Assembly (NCBI RefSeq): GCF_009914755.1
Contig: NC_060925.1
Length of the DNA: 64,000 nucleotides
Reading direction: 5' to 3' (one strand)
Source: the human T2T-CHM13v2.0 reference genome, Homo sapiens
In this document: positions 1 to 17,570 of the stretch, piece after piece
Position numbering within the stretch: the first letter of the stretch is position 1
How the letters are laid out: the number at the start of each line of letters is the position of its first letter
Position numbers and translations under genes: made by a program
The notes under the pieces: model-generated
What the model saw: the letters and a program-made list of their open reading frames with translations, nothing else
What the model was told of the DNA's origin: nothing
The model's database searches: none

Positions 1-173
1 CTTATTGGTCATTTATACTATACACTACACTGTACTTTGTGGAGAAAAGAGTTCAGTATATGTTTATTGATCATGTTGTTCATTTTCCCCATATTCTTAT
101 TTAAATTTCATCAAATCTGTCAAATTCTAATAGGAATAAGTTAGAATGTTCCTCTTCCACTGTGTTTCTATAG

Positions 174-852
<679 letters not shown>

Positions 853-854
853 AC

Positions 855-1287
<433 letters not shown>

Positions 1288-1394
1288 CTAGCATCAGAAT
1301 AATGCTGAAGTTGAAAGATGACTTTGTTGAGAAAATATATTCCTAAGTGGTTAGGACTAAGAGGATTATCCAAATTCAAGGACACTGAACAAAA

Positions 1395-1731
1395 TTATTA
1401 TTATTATTATTATTGACTTATTATTATTATTATCATTTTGAGAGGGAGTCTCGCTCTGTTGCCCAGGCTGGAGTGCAGTGGCGTGATCTCAGGTCACTGC
1501 ACCTCTGCCTCCCAGGTTCAGCAGATTCTCCTGCTTCAGACTCCTGAGTAGCTGGGATTACAGGCACCTGCCACCACACCCAGCTAATTTTTTTTTCTTT
1601 TTTGCATTTTTAGTGAAGACGAGTTTTCGCTATGTTGGTCAGGCTGGTCTTGAACTCCTGGGCTCAAGCCATCTGCCCACCTCGGCCTCCCAAAGTGCTG
1701 GGATTACAGGCGTGAGCCACTGGGCCCAGCC
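1395..1731 (-). mobile_element. Alu with a (TTA)n tail
   Basis: Antisense Alu consensus; tail has become a microsatellite. Confidence 0.9.
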
Positions 1732-3049
1732 CCTTTGACTTGTTTTTAAGTTGGATAAAGCATTTTGCTTTTATTTTTCCCATTTCTACTTTCTTCCTCC
1801 ACTTCCATCTTTTAACTTTTTGGTGCCAGTTTTTGCTGAACAAAATTTAAATCAAATCTGCTTGTGTCAATGAAACAAGTAAATAACACTTAAAAATTTT
1901 TAAAACACATAAGTTTTTTAACAATATGTAAGAAGAAATCAGCCAGATATATGTAAAATCTTTTTTAATTGGCTTAGCTGAAGGGAAAAGTATATTGGAG
2001 AATACAGAGAAACCAGTGGCTGAGGAAGAGGGCAAGAAGTTCTCTAGAGACATGCTATATAGACCAACTGTCAAATGTCCACATCTCTTACTATCTGAAA
2101 GGGGGCTTGAGGAGTGCATGGGGATAGAGAAAAAGAAATAGAGAAATAAATGTTATTGAATATCTACTACATGCTGAGCACTGCTTTCACAAACATTATT
2201 TTATTTGATGTTTACAATAATCTTATAAGGTTATTTTTCTTATTCCTGGGTTACAACGAAGGAATGTGAGTTTCAGACCATCTATATTACTTGCCAAATA
2301 TAAAGAAGATCAAAGATCTAGTGACGTTTGATCCGTTTCAGTCCACATTTATACCTGGGAGAGGGGGATCTTTAAATTATTAAGTTTCTGCCGGGAATTA
2401 AGTTCATCAAATACATAAGCCCTAACCTGCCTTTCTAAGATCAGGTTGAGAAAAAGAAAGCAGGGGTACATTACTCTATGGTTCAAGATTGGTGATTTGC
2501 ACGTACTTCATTACCCTGTAGCAACCTGAGGTATAATGTTCCTTAAGTTGTCCTGATTTCAGGATCTATTATTCCTATAAACGGAATAAATTTGTTTCTG
2601 ACTCTGACACAGTAAATTGACTGTAGTTCCTCCTGTATCCTTAGTCTAATAATTTTGTTCAGTGTCCTTGAATTTGAAAAATTCTCTTAGTCCTATTAGC
2701 CTAAATAAATAGCAGCTTAGTTGAATAGATGTGAGTCCCTTCCCCTGATTCTAATTAATTACTGAATTTTTTCTTACAGGTGTACTCAATTCTGACCAAT
2801 AAAACTTAGCAAAACTTCTTCCAAATACACAAGGAAGATTTTTGCCAAAGTGCAACAGTTCAAATCCTAACTCTGTATTACTTTAGGCTTAAATGTAAAC
2901 TTTTAAACTTATATTCTTACCTTACTTAAACTCTTTAGATATTAGTTTTCTCATCTGTAACAGGGATAATAATGCCTATTGATATGTTAACTAAGAAGAT
3001 TAAATGATCATCTGGTATATTAGTAAGTACCCAATAAATTCATAATTAT

Positions 3050-6000
3050 AATAGGAAATCACAACAGAAGGGTAAAGTATAAAATACATATGATCGACTC
3101 AGTGAATATCGAAAAGGTAATTGAAAAATTTTTTGGCTATTCCTAAATATTTTTCTTTTTTCATTAAAAACGTAAAAATTTTTATTGCTGTATTATATAC
3201 ATTAAGTATATAAACTGTGTGAAGTGTACAACTCAGTAATTTTCCATAGGTATATACCTGTCCAAACTTCAGTCAGATAAAGTTCTGCAGTGTTTGTTTT
3301 AAAATATGTTTATGAAAGAAATAAGTGTTTTAATAATAAAGAATATGTTTCTAAAACCAACAGCCAACATTAGATGTGCTGCTGGAATACAATAGAGATG
3401 GTTCCATTTAATTCAAAAGCAAAACAAAACTGCACAATAATTCTGTCTATTTACCATGCCCTGAAAGACAGATCCCTATTTGCCAACATGTTCACTGCTG
3501 GCTCATTGATGGGGAAAAAGAAAATTGAAAGTACCTTTTACTGTCTTATCAGTTTATCACTGCCCAAGTAACCTGAGCAGAAAGCCCTGTATACGTATCA
3601 AACAACTGAATATCTATTAAATAGGCAGATAAACTTCACAAGACATTTAAGGAAATGTTAGTTTGGAGGAAGGAGATTAAGCTAAGAAACCAGAACAGAT
3701 GGCTACTATGGAGTTAGAACTAATGGATGAAATAGATACAAACTTCAATAAAAATGTAATGTGAACTTTTACAGAAATAAAACTAGAGGAAAAAAATACT
3801 GTAACCAATTTTTAAAAATAATAATTTTCCATTTAAAAATGTAATAGATGAATTAAAAACTAGAATAGTCACTACTGAAATATAAATATGTTAGGAAGGC
3901 AAATAAAGGAAATATCCATAAACACATGTGAATAGAAATCATGAGTAATAAGATTAATAATATGGAGGACATACCCAGAGGACTTGTTATGTGAATAATA
4001 GTTACTGCAGAATTCTGACTGGGAGTGGGGAAGAGATAGAATAATAATAAAGAAATACCCTAGAAGAAAACTTCTAAACTGAAGAAAGAGTATGGCTTAG
4101 AATAGAAAGGATTATCTGAGTCCTATATAGAATTTCCTTTAACACCTACTTCTTAGATATTATCTGGTGAACTTCCAAGAATACAGGAAAAATAATCTCA
4201 TAAGATTCTATTCTGGACAGAAAATAAAAATAGTTATTTGCCAAGGAAATGAATGCCCTTTCTGCTCAACACAGGAACCCAAAAGACACAAAAACAATAA
4301 TTACTAATGATTCAAGACCACAGATAAGAATTCTATCAAAGATTCATTTGGGGATTGGGATGAAAGAAAGACATTTTCAGACATGTAAAGACTCCTAGTT
4401 ATGTCATCTATGTACCCTACCTGACGAAATGTACTCAAGAAAGTACTTGCCGTAATCAAGTAAAAATTAAATTGGAACAAAGATCTCAAGATAGAGGAAG
4501 AAGAGCAAAAGAAATAATAGAGACAACAATGAGCAATTCTACAATAATTTTCATTTAATTAAAAATTAAATAAGCATTATGTTACTGTGATTTACCTTAT
4601 ATTTAATTAAGACAAATTAATCTAGAAGAAGTAAAACAAATTAAGCTGGAAGAATGCGATTGGTACTTTAATGTCCTTTCTAGATATCTCCTTAGGCAAG
4701 TTCAAAAGTTCACTGTACATTTTCAGTCTTCCAAGTGATCATAGGCAATAGTCTTGCTATAATAATTGTCCCACTCTCACATAATAGAGGTTCTTTTTCC
4801 AGCTTCTAATATCAATTTTTTCACCACTCTTCTGACCCACATGTATGGTCTCTCAATGACATGTGCATCTTCCTCACCTTCTCACGCATCCCCCAGTCCC
4901 AAAGCCAATACCATAATGTTTCAGGTTTTTGCCGTGGCCATCAACCATTCTATCAGTTTTATTTTAAGCTTTTATAGTCAAATTAGTAAATTTATTCATC
5001 TGACTTTAGCAATCTGAGTTGTTCTTGGAACAGTCTTTCCCAACCTAAGATTATATTTATTTATAATATTTATAATTATTTATAATTTATTTATAATATT
5101 TAAAAAGTTTTGTTATATTTTTCCTTCAGTCTATGTGCAGTTGTGTTTATGTGCATGTATTGTGTGAGATAGAGGCCTAACTTTTTCTATAGAATACAGT
5201 TGTCTCAACAGCAGTTATTAAATAGTCCATCCTTTTCTTACTAGTTTTAAATGTTGAATGATAAGCAAATCAAAGGCATAAAAATTGCAAAGGAAGAAGT
5301 AAAATTGTCTTTATTTACTGACAGCATAATTATATGTGTAAAAAACTCTATACCACATACAAAAAAGGATTTAGAAGTAATAAATGAACTTAACAAGTTC
5401 GCAGGATGCAAGGGCAGTATACAGTAGTCTTTACATAACAGCAATGGACAATTATAATTTAAGACTTTGGCAATACCATTTTTAATAGCATCAAAATGCA
5501 TGTCATTTGACTCAGAACTGTCACTTTTTCTATTGGCCTCATAAAAATGCTCTTATGTGTACATAAGTTGTGTGTAAGAGTATTTTATATACAGGATTAT
5601 GTACAAGGGCGTTCATTAAAGTATTATTCCTAATAGGGAAAAAATAAAAATAAAAACTGTAAATAACTTGTATCTATTTGCAACTACTATGGCTAAATAA
5701 AGACAAGCATATGAGGGAAAATAAATAGCAGTTTAAAAGAGTGAAACATTTTATACATAATGACATGAACAAAATCTCTGAGACAAAATAAGGTATAAGA
5801 AAAGCCCAGATTATAGAAAATATATAATACATTTAGTGTTTTTTATGTAAAACAAATGTAAAAATACATAGAGATACAAAACTGGAATTAGATAGATCTG
5901 GAATTACACATAATAAGTGGTTAAATTTTAAAAATTGAAAGAAAGTGAGGTTGAAATAGAATCTTTTTTCTCTATGTTTTTCTGTATTATTTAACATTTT

Positions 6001-6620
6001 ATATTGAGCATCGGTTAATCAGGTACTTATTTGTGAAATAAACAGTAGATAAATGGAGAAAGTTTGTCCTAGGGCAAAAATTTTGTTTCGAAAACAAAAT
6101 TAAACATAGAAAATAAGTGGCCGTGGAAGATTTAACTAGTACAAAACTTGTCCTCTGACCGTGAAGGACTAGAAGACTCAACAAAATATATGAACAATTA
6201 TTTTTAGGTATTGATACAGTAGGCAATGCAAGATTTGATCTCAAGGAGAAAGATCAGCAAATGAGATTAACAAGACAATTACCCCAGCTTTCTTTTGGAG
6301 GCAATCTCTGAACAAAATTCAAACTCTCAATAGTGTAACATTCATAGCGTCTAGCATCTATTCATAAATTGGTAGTATTATAAAAATGTAGCAAACTGTG
6401 ACCCACAATCAGGAGGGAAAAAAAATCAATCAACAGACACAGATCCAGAAAACAAAGATGACAGAATAATCAAGACAAGGATTTTTAAATAGCTATTTAA
6501 AATATGCTTAAGGACTTAAAAGTAAAATATGAAGATAATAAGGAGTTAATGGGACATTAAAAAGAAGCAAAATAAATGTTTAGAGATTAAAAACACAGTA
6601 TCTGAAATTTAAAAATTATT
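3050..6620 (+). mobile_element. Mosaic of ancient L1M fragments (mostly +)
   Basis: 5269-5427 translates [26 protein letters not shown]..., homologous to the L1 RT segment [26 protein letters not shown]; A-rich ORF1/ORF2-like pieces nearby; boundaries approximate. Confidence 0.6.
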
Positions 6621-6639
6621 AGATGCATACACATACACA

Positions 6640-8700
6640 TATATATTTAAGTTATTGAAACAATCTCAAATTTACAGAGAAATAACAAGTATAATACAAG
6701 GGTATTTTTTCCTGAATCATATGAGAGTAAGTTGCAACCTGATGTCCCATTGTGCCCCAAATTCTTTACACACAAGGACATTCTCTATATAACCACAATT
6801 CAACCATCAAAATCAAGAAATTAACATTGGCACATTTCTACCATCTAATCTTCAGACTCCATTCAAGCTTTGCCAAATTGCTCCAATAACGTTCTTTATA
6901 GCAAAAGGATCCTGTTTGTCTTGTCTCTTTAGTTATCTTTAATATGGTACATTTTCTCAGTTTTTCTTTGATATTCATGACCTTGACACTTTTGAAGATT
7001 ACAAATCAGTAATTTTTTAGAATTTCCCTTAATTTAGGTTTGTCTGATTTTTCCCCTTGATTAGATTCAGATTATGCACCCTAGGCAGGACTATCACAGA
7101 AGTGATACTGTGATCTTCTCAATGCATCCTACCAGATACTACCTGATTTTGACTTGTCCCATGACTGACAATATTCATTTAGATCACTTGATAAAGCTGT
7201 TATCTGCTAGGCTTCTCTACTGGAATATTCTTTTTTCCTTTGTAATTTATAATTATTTTTAAAAAGCAGATCATTTGAAACTATGTATGTATCCTATTCC
7301 TCATCAAACTTAAAATTTATTTATTTATTTAAATAAGTATAGACTCATAGTTTCCTATTTTATTCAGTGGGTTAAAATCTGTCACTCTTATTTATAGTCA
7401 TGCTAATATTGTCCCGGATTTGGCTAGTGAGAGCCACTTCAGTCTTCCTTCTGTGTCCTCATTGTTCTAATGCTTTCCTTGCTTTTTCCTTGCTTTTTCT
7501 TGACACACAAAAAGTTGCAGACTGATATGGTTTGGCTCTGTGTCCCCACCAGATCTCATCTCGAATTGAAATCCCCCTAATCCTTACGTGTTGAAGGGCT
7601 GATCTGGTGGGAGGTGATTGGATCATGGGGGCGGTTTCCTCCGTGCTGTTCTTGTGAAAGTGAGTGAGTCCTCACCAGATCTGATGGTTTTATAAGTGTC
7701 TGACAGTTCCTGCTTTGCATGCTGTTTCTCACCTGCCGCCATGTAAGACATGTGTGCTTCTTCTTCCACCATGATTGTAAGTTTCCTGAGGGCTCCCAGC
7801 CATGCAGAACTGTGAGTCAATTAAACGTCCTTTATTGATAAGGAGGTTTATTTATTTACTTACCCAGTCTTGTGTAGTATCTTTATAGCAGTGTGAAAAC
7901 GGATGAATAACAGAGGCTTATCTTGTACTTTTCCTGCCAGCCCCTAGAACCATCCATTTTTCCAAAGAGCCTTTGTTTCTTTCAGTGGATGCACATTGCT
8001 ATTATGTTGCTGCTCTCTGGACCTCTCAGTGGAAAGAACAAAGGAATATGTGTTTGTACACATCTGTACACATTTTACATCTATACTTATTTCTCTACCT
8101 ATTGATGAACATATATATTAAAATTCATGAGTTCACATTGACTACTCTATTTCAGATTCAGCACAATACGTTCATTCTAGTTTTTTTCTCTTACCTTTTC
8201 TGACAGAGAGAAACCTGGCTCCCATTATCTTTAGAATATTTACTTATCTGATCAGATCCTCTTTATGTAACCAAACTATTGTCACCACAACTGCCTCTTC
8301 TCTTAGACCCAGTGCGGGCTCTACCTCCTCATGCTGAACCATCGCCTCCCCACCAACTTGGATGTTTCCCTCATCACTCTTGGGCTCTGATTCTCTATAC
8401 TGGCTACCTTCATGTGCAGATTCTTTTTTCATCTTCCCTCTACACCCCAAAGCCAGGCCTTCTGTCCATGGGACACACTGTCCTTGCTAAGCTCAGACTA
8501 TGACATCTTACCCCAGGCAGCCCCCACTTGAGGATGCTCACCTTACCCCACACAGGCTCTGACGCCTCATGCTGAGCCACTGTGACTTCCTCCTCCCACA
8601 CCCTTTGTAGCACAGTGCCCTACTTTTCCTGCCCATTTCCAAGGCCCTTGAGACTTAATTGTTCAGGAAATGAGGTAAAGAGAAGTGAGGAGGAAGAGGA
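6640..8700 (-). mobile_element. Old L1MC-like 3' region, interrupted by a THE1 LTR
   Basis: caaatttacagagaa..aaaatcaagaaattaacattgg..catgaccttgacacttttgaag pattern. Confidence 0.55.
7523..7912 (+). mobile_element. THE1 (THE1D-like) MaLR solo LTR
   Basis: TGATATGGTTTGGCTCTGTGTCCCCACC...CCATGATTGTAAGTTTCCTGAGG...GTGAGTCAATTAAAC. Confidence 0.85.
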
Positions 8701-8711
8701 AGAAAAAGAAA

Positions 8712-8742
<31 letters not shown>

Positions 8743-8743
8743 A

Positions 8744-9034
<291 letters not shown>

Positions 9035-11622
9035 AGGAAACAAAATCTTTTTGAATGCACTAATATTATAGGTTCTAGTTCTAAATTATAATGACTTTGT
9101 TTTCCATGACTTCTGCACAGTATTTAACATTCGACCAACTATGGTAACTTCTACTATATGATCAAATACTAATGCATTTGCAACCCACTATTCCTTGAGC
9201 TGTGAAATAATAATAATGTTGAGGACTACTAATGAAATATAAAACATAGGTTCTAGTTCTAAAATATAGTCCTATTTCTCATCATCAAGCGTCTGTTATT
9301 AGGCACATGAGTGATAATCAGAACACAAAATATAGATTAAGTATACTATAGTTTCTGCCTTTAAGGAGCATGAAATCCTTAAGACGTAGTAGTGAAATTA
9401 TATGCAAAACAATAATCATTTTACACATCAACATATCTGACAGCACAGGGCAGCTAATAATGGAATTTTATTCCCACTGTCTAAAATAGTTACAAGTTAT
9501 ATGATAATGAAAAAGAAAGAGTATTGAGTTTTTAATCTAGTATTTATTCATAGGTAATATACATGGGTCAGACTAAGCACAGTCTGTTGATGTGTAAAAT
9601 GCATACTTTTTGCATATTACTGGAAAGATATTTAACTACACATTTTTTTTTCATTTTCTACTTATTGTCAGTTCATTTCTGGCCACTAATGATATACATG
9701 AATATACTGTTATCCAGGGTTATAGTACTTATTTCTAGTTGATGATGAAGTGACTGGAAACTTCCAGTTATTTCTTGATGTTTTATTACATTACTGGTAA
9801 TACTTTTGGTCTTTCATCATTATTAATTCATTTAGTATTCATTGTGATAATACTGATCATAATAAATTTATTTCAAATTCATGTAGATGTCATATTTTAT
9901 TCACTGCTATAGGATTTTCATTGTAATTTGGAACTAATTAATATACCATTAAAATAAAGTGTTACCCACATTTTTCATTTTAAACATAAAATGTCTAGCA
10001 GTTCATGACATATTGTATGAGTATTCAGCATCCCAGTGGTAACCCAGCATCTGTAAATTTTGTTTTTAAGCAGTTAAAAAAAGGGCAACAGAGAAACATG
10101 TATAGAAGTCAAATTTTAGCACATAAGTTGAAGTTTAGTAGTAAGTTAACTACTAGTTAATTTTTAGTGCCTCCTTCCTTTTAATTGCAATGTATAATTC
10201 TTATTAATATAACATATGCTTGTATATATACACATAATAATATCCCAAAAAGAAATTATTTAATTTTCTACTTGACTGGTGTCAGCAGGAGAGATTAAAA
10301 AACATAAACCCAAAACAGTTAATTTGATTGCTTCTCTTCTGCATTTCTAATGACAATTATAAATAAAGGGTGAGTTCCTACAAATACATTAATAACTAAT
10401 ATGGTAACTTCAAAAGAAGCATTAGATGTGTCTATGTGCCTTACTCATATTTTTCTTCCATTTTTATAAAGGTAGCCAGTTGATTGTTGGTGGGAAGGGA
10501 GAAACAAATGTTTTCAGTAATTTAAATGGACTATATTAAGAAGATGAAAAACAAATCTGGTATAGTTTGTTAAATATTAATGGTAAAAGGTTTAAATAAC
10601 CATAAGAAACAGCTCTATTCTATTATCATGAATTTTATTGCACATTAGCTTTATTGAATGAAATTATTCTTATTTTTTCCACATTCTATCTTCTTTGAGT
10701 TGCCTGCTCTACTGGACATTATGTTGTTGTATCTTTTCCATGTTGGCCATTAATGACAGTGTCTTTGTTCCACTATCCCATCTTGTTACTGGTCAGGATA
10801 AGATTTTAAAAGAAAAATGAAAAATTCCTTCTAACCCTGCAACCAGTTGAATAATGACCTTGTTTTCCATGACTTCTGCACAGTATTTAACATTGCTTAA
10901 TCATGATCTCCCATCCTGATGCCTTCCCATTAACTTCTATGACACTGCACTATACTTGTATCTTATGATTGGACCTTTTTTTTAAATAATTGTTGTTATT
11001 TAGTATCTTTTACTGTAAATCTTTACAGAGATTATCAAACTTTGGGGATATGTGTTTCCATGGTCAAAATGTTGATAATCAGGGAGTCTAGAATTCCTTA
11101 ATATTATGCATAAAACTCTGAAAACCAAGGCCTTTTGCCTTGGCTTCAACTATTAATCTCCTCATTTCCCCCATCCTTCATTTCTGTCTTGAAATTTGTG
11201 TTTTATCATTCTCATTATAATTTTACTACATGTGTATACATCCTTAGTGAACATCCCTAAAGTTTTGTGAGGTTTTTACTTATGTAAATAAAATTATTCT
11301 GTATCTGTTCAAAGTCCAAACTGTTTCCTAGCAGCAATATATATGAATTCTTAACACTAACACTTGGTATAGTCTGAAATTTTGGGATGTTGCTATAGAT
11401 GTTTGTATCATTTCAAATACTCATCTCTCAGTTTATTTTATGGTTTTAGGGAGATTGGTGCTACCTTTTCCCACAAAGTCTCCATATTATATTTAGAAAT
11501 TGATTACATGAATTTTTTTTGCATTTTCCTTTTCTTCCATTTTACTTTCCCTTTCTTCTGCTCTTTTCATTTCTTACTCTCTTCCCCTTTAGAAGCAGTG
11601 ATGGTTAAAAACCCAGCCTCTG

Positions 11623-11945
<323 letters not shown>

Positions 11946-12582
11946 CTAGAGCAGGACTACCAAGGATTAAATGCCAGCTGTGACACTTACTAAAGATGTG
12001 ACCTTGGGCATATGACTATGCTTTCTCCACAGTGGTATCTTCTTCTGTCAAATGGGGATAATAATTCTCTTCTTCAGAGGGGTATTGAAAGGATTATGTA
12101 TGAGTTAATTCACTGATATGTGAAATATTAGAAACAGTGCCTGACATATAAGGTTTTATTTAGTAAAACGTATTTATTTCCTTCTATTTCTCTCAACAGC
12201 TCCTTTCATGTCTGCCTGTCTTTTTCCCATCATCACCCAGGGGTTAAGTTACTAAGAAGATAGAGGCACTCATGGGCTCTCAGCAACTATGTCATCCTAA
12301 AGTAGGGAGAGGTTTCAATGTTGGGAGTAGATCTAGTGAGGGAAGCCTGTGAGTGGCATTCCTCACCGGGATGGAATATGCCAACAGGCATGTTTCTCCC
12401 TCAGGTAGCACCTTTGGTAAGACAAAGTTGAGTGTTAGGAGTAATACCAATGATCTCTCCTGAGGCCATGGGGAATACAGTATAGGACAAAATAGATAAG
12501 ACTACTTCCTTCGATGTTTCAAGTTTAGTGGAAGAGACCATCGTTAAATAATTTTTAAATATGATTGTGGCAAATATTATGA

Positions 12583-13115
<533 letters not shown>

Positions 13116-13889
13116 TAGAGTGGTCTTACACTCTTAATTATTTCCAGCAGATTTTATTGCATCATATAGTAATCTTATCATGGTGCCTTCCGTTCATTAT
13201 CAGGTAATGCAACTATTTATATATTGTTTTGTGTGGTTTTTACAGTTTATTTTACACTTAATCTACACTTTATGTAGTCTTACTGATTTGTGTGAATTCT
13301 CCCTATATTGTACATGTCTCACATCTGGATCACTGACTTGAATTTCTTATCTCTATATAAACCCTATGGCCCTCCCCTTGCCTCCTTTAATTAAACAGAC
13401 TTTCTGAGAATTCTAGCTATTAATGGAACAGGCATTCTGTGATGGATTCATTTAACTTAGAGACAACTCATTTAACTGATGAATGAGTGAAATATGTGAG
13501 CATTTTCATCTTGCATGATACATGTGTAGTAGCATTTAAACAGTAAATTCAAATGATTATGTTTTAAAAATAATGTCAAAATAACACATTTCTTACTTAC
13601 TCCCTAATAAAAATCACTGGCAAATTAATTAGTTGTAAAATTGGTGATTATCAAAATAAAAAAAGCAAAGCTGTTGAAAGCACATGGCTTCTCAGAGAAA
13701 GGTTAATTTTCAAAACATAGCTCATGATTTTTGAAATGCCTTATTTATTTATACTTTAATGTTATTTAAAATGACATTTGAATTTATAATTATCATCTTG
13801 AAAGAAATTAAAAATCAAGTTTAACAGGTTGACTTGCTTTAGAATTATATTAGTTACTAATGAAGTGCTTTTTAAACATTTTGTTTTAG

Positions 13890-13979
13890 TGTTGTAGATC
13901 CATTTAGAAAAAAGGAGAATGATGCAGCAGTTAAAATCCAAAGCTGGTTTCGAGGATGTCAAGTTCGGGCATATATCAG
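13890..13979 (+). CDS. SPATA17: SPATA17 internal coding exon (exon 2, 90 nt, phase 2-2), IQ motif 1
   Basis: ttttgttttag|TGTTGTAGATCC...GCATATATCAG|gtatat; translates (S)VVDPFRKKENDAAVKIQSWFRGCQVRAYI(R), an IQxxxRGxxxR motif; recognised as SPATA17. Confidence 0.95.
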
Positions 13980-14204
13980 GTATATTGCTTTTGTCATGGA
14001 AACCTCAGATATATCATAAAAATATATTCCTTAGAAAATGTAATTTATTCATGAAGTACTCATTTCAAATAATTTTTTATTTTACTCATAATGTAGTTGA
14101 TAAATTGTATGTATTTCTTTTAAAAGAAATACATAGTATTTCTGATCTTTTCTTACCAAAACTAAATTATATGGACTGTATTGCTTTTTAAAATTCTCAA
14201 TATT

Positions 14205-14528
<324 letters not shown>

Positions 14529-14942
14529 TCAGATTCCTTTTCCCAAATTCCAAAGGATCTACAAATGACTGGGTTTGTATTTATAGCAATAAATTCATTG
14601 ACTGGTAAGAAAGGGGGAAAAAGAGAAAACAGTTTCAATCTTTTCCACCATGTTGGTAGATAAAATAAAATGACGCATGGATGATGTCATTCTGACTATA
14701 AAAAGAGACAGAAATTTGTCCCTATCTTAACTCTTTCTCACTTTTTTTTTTTTTTTCAGTGCCCAAACTTTCCCTCAGTGTCCCATCAATTCTTAAAAAA
14801 TATTTTCCTGGATAAGGTAGAGGAAAATATGCCTACTCCATAATAACTCATCAGGCCTGGAATTATCCTATATAAAACTTCCTTATACTGTCTAGTAAGA
14901 GCTAGACATGCAAACTTAAAGTGTGAAGACAAGGCTTCTCTC

Positions 14943-15243
<301 letters not shown>

Positions 15244-15399
15244 GGAAGACAAGACTTCTCTTTTGGCCACTATATAAACTAAGGAACATGGTGGCAAATA
15301 GAGTATTTTTGAATTCAGCAGACTAACATGATGTTGGCTTGGATAGACTGAGGATTACAGGAAAAGAATGAAGAGGAGAACTATTTCTTAACCTCATGA

Positions 15400-15732
<333 letters not shown>

Positions 15733-16105
15733 CTCATGAATTATTTCTAATTGCTAATAATGATTTACATCAATAGTGCCTGGATTATTTCTCAACATGT
15801 CACTGTGACCTGTTTTATAGTCTTAACATTCAAAAATATGTTAAAGAGTAAGTATTGAAGAAGAATTGAAATTAAGTATTGTGTAATAATAAGCCCCAAA
15901 GAAATAACAAATAGTTACCAATGCCGTTTTCTTCCACTTCTAGAAATGATTAATTCTATCCCACAATAACTTTCTACTGTTTAAAAGTGCACATAAACTT
16001 GGCTTTGAATTTGAATTCTTGAATTGTAGGAGAGTATTTTAACAAAGATTTAACTGACCTTGTTTCAATGAAAGGATACTAATAAGCATATTTTTTTTAT
16101 CCTAG

Positions 16106-16187
16106 GCATTTAAACAGGATTGTAACAATTATTCAAAAATGGTGGAGAAGTTTCTTAGGCAGAAAGCAATATCAACTAACTGTGCAG
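16106..16187 (+). CDS. SPATA17: SPATA17 exon 3 (82 nt, phase 2-0), IQ motif 2
   Basis: ttttttttatcctag|GCATTTAAAC...ACTGTGCAG|gtaaat; (R)HLNRIVTIIQKWWRSFLGRKQYQLTVQ, in frame with the previous exon. Confidence 0.95.
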
Positions 16188-17153
16188 GTAAATATAAAAT
16201 GTACATATGTTAGCATTTGAATTGTACAATATGCTGTAACTTACTCACTTTAGTCATATTTCCATATAGTTTGGAAATTACTGATGATGAGTATTTATGT
16301 AAGGACAAAATTGGGCTTAATTTTTAGTATGAGACCTATTCTTGAAAGCATTTTCTGATATTTCCATGGAGAATTGACCCATTTTTTGGTACCCAAACTA
16401 CACTGATATTATTTTTGCTTGAAGTACTTTTCACAGTATGCATTTATACTTATTTATTGATGGTTATCTGTACTTTGTAGATGGTGAGCTTTTTGAGAGT
16501 GGGCACTGCAGCCCACTTCCTTTTTGGATCACCAACATTTTAGGCTAATGCCTTGCCCAGAACACAGTCAAAAAATATCCTCATAAGGACGCTAAACTGA
16601 TCAAAGCAAAGAATAAGGCTTCTTTTGTCTTCTCTTCAGGACTTTCTGATAAATTTTGTTTCATAGGTATAAATAAGGTTTAAATAATTTAATAAATGAT
16701 ATATCATTCCAGAATGGTTTTTTATGGAAAGTTAAACATATTTGTGGTTATATCGCATGATTAATTATTATTGGAAAGCAACAAAGATTACATGGTGCTT
16801 TTATACTAGCTATTATTTATTAAACACCTGCTATATACCAGGCATGTTGTGTAATTATTTAATTTGTATGTTAGGATGCTTATTAAAAGTAACCGTCGTA
16901 CTCATTTGGCAGGCTAGGAAACTCAGTCTCATCCACTTGTCCATGAACACATAGTGGTACATTTAATATACAAAGCAACCTTACAGTTGTTATAGAAGTT
17001 TTTACATTGGGCACAGTTGTCTCGTAATTGCCAAGATCCTCTGCCTAATCTCCATAAGGACAGAGACTATGTCTCATTAGTGTTGCACTCTCAAAGCATG
17101 GTGCCTGGCATATATTAAATAGTTAGCACTTATATAGATGAATAGAAGAATGA

Positions 17154-17570
<417 letters not shown>

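Noticed and set aside
2761-2785. ttttttcttacag|gtgtac as a recursive site or extra exon
   Set aside because: Weak donor, and no downstream donor or reading frame linking it to SPATA17
5130-5500. Opposite-orientation old L1 ORF2 fragments side by side (possible twin-priming inversion)
   Set aside because: The + fragment appears to continue a larger fragmented + strand L1M; no TSDs; too diverged to support an inversion
13919-14191. 90-aa ORF (MMQQLKSK...) overlapping exon 2
   Set aside because: Wrong frame relative to the IQ-encoding exon and runs into intron; no independent support
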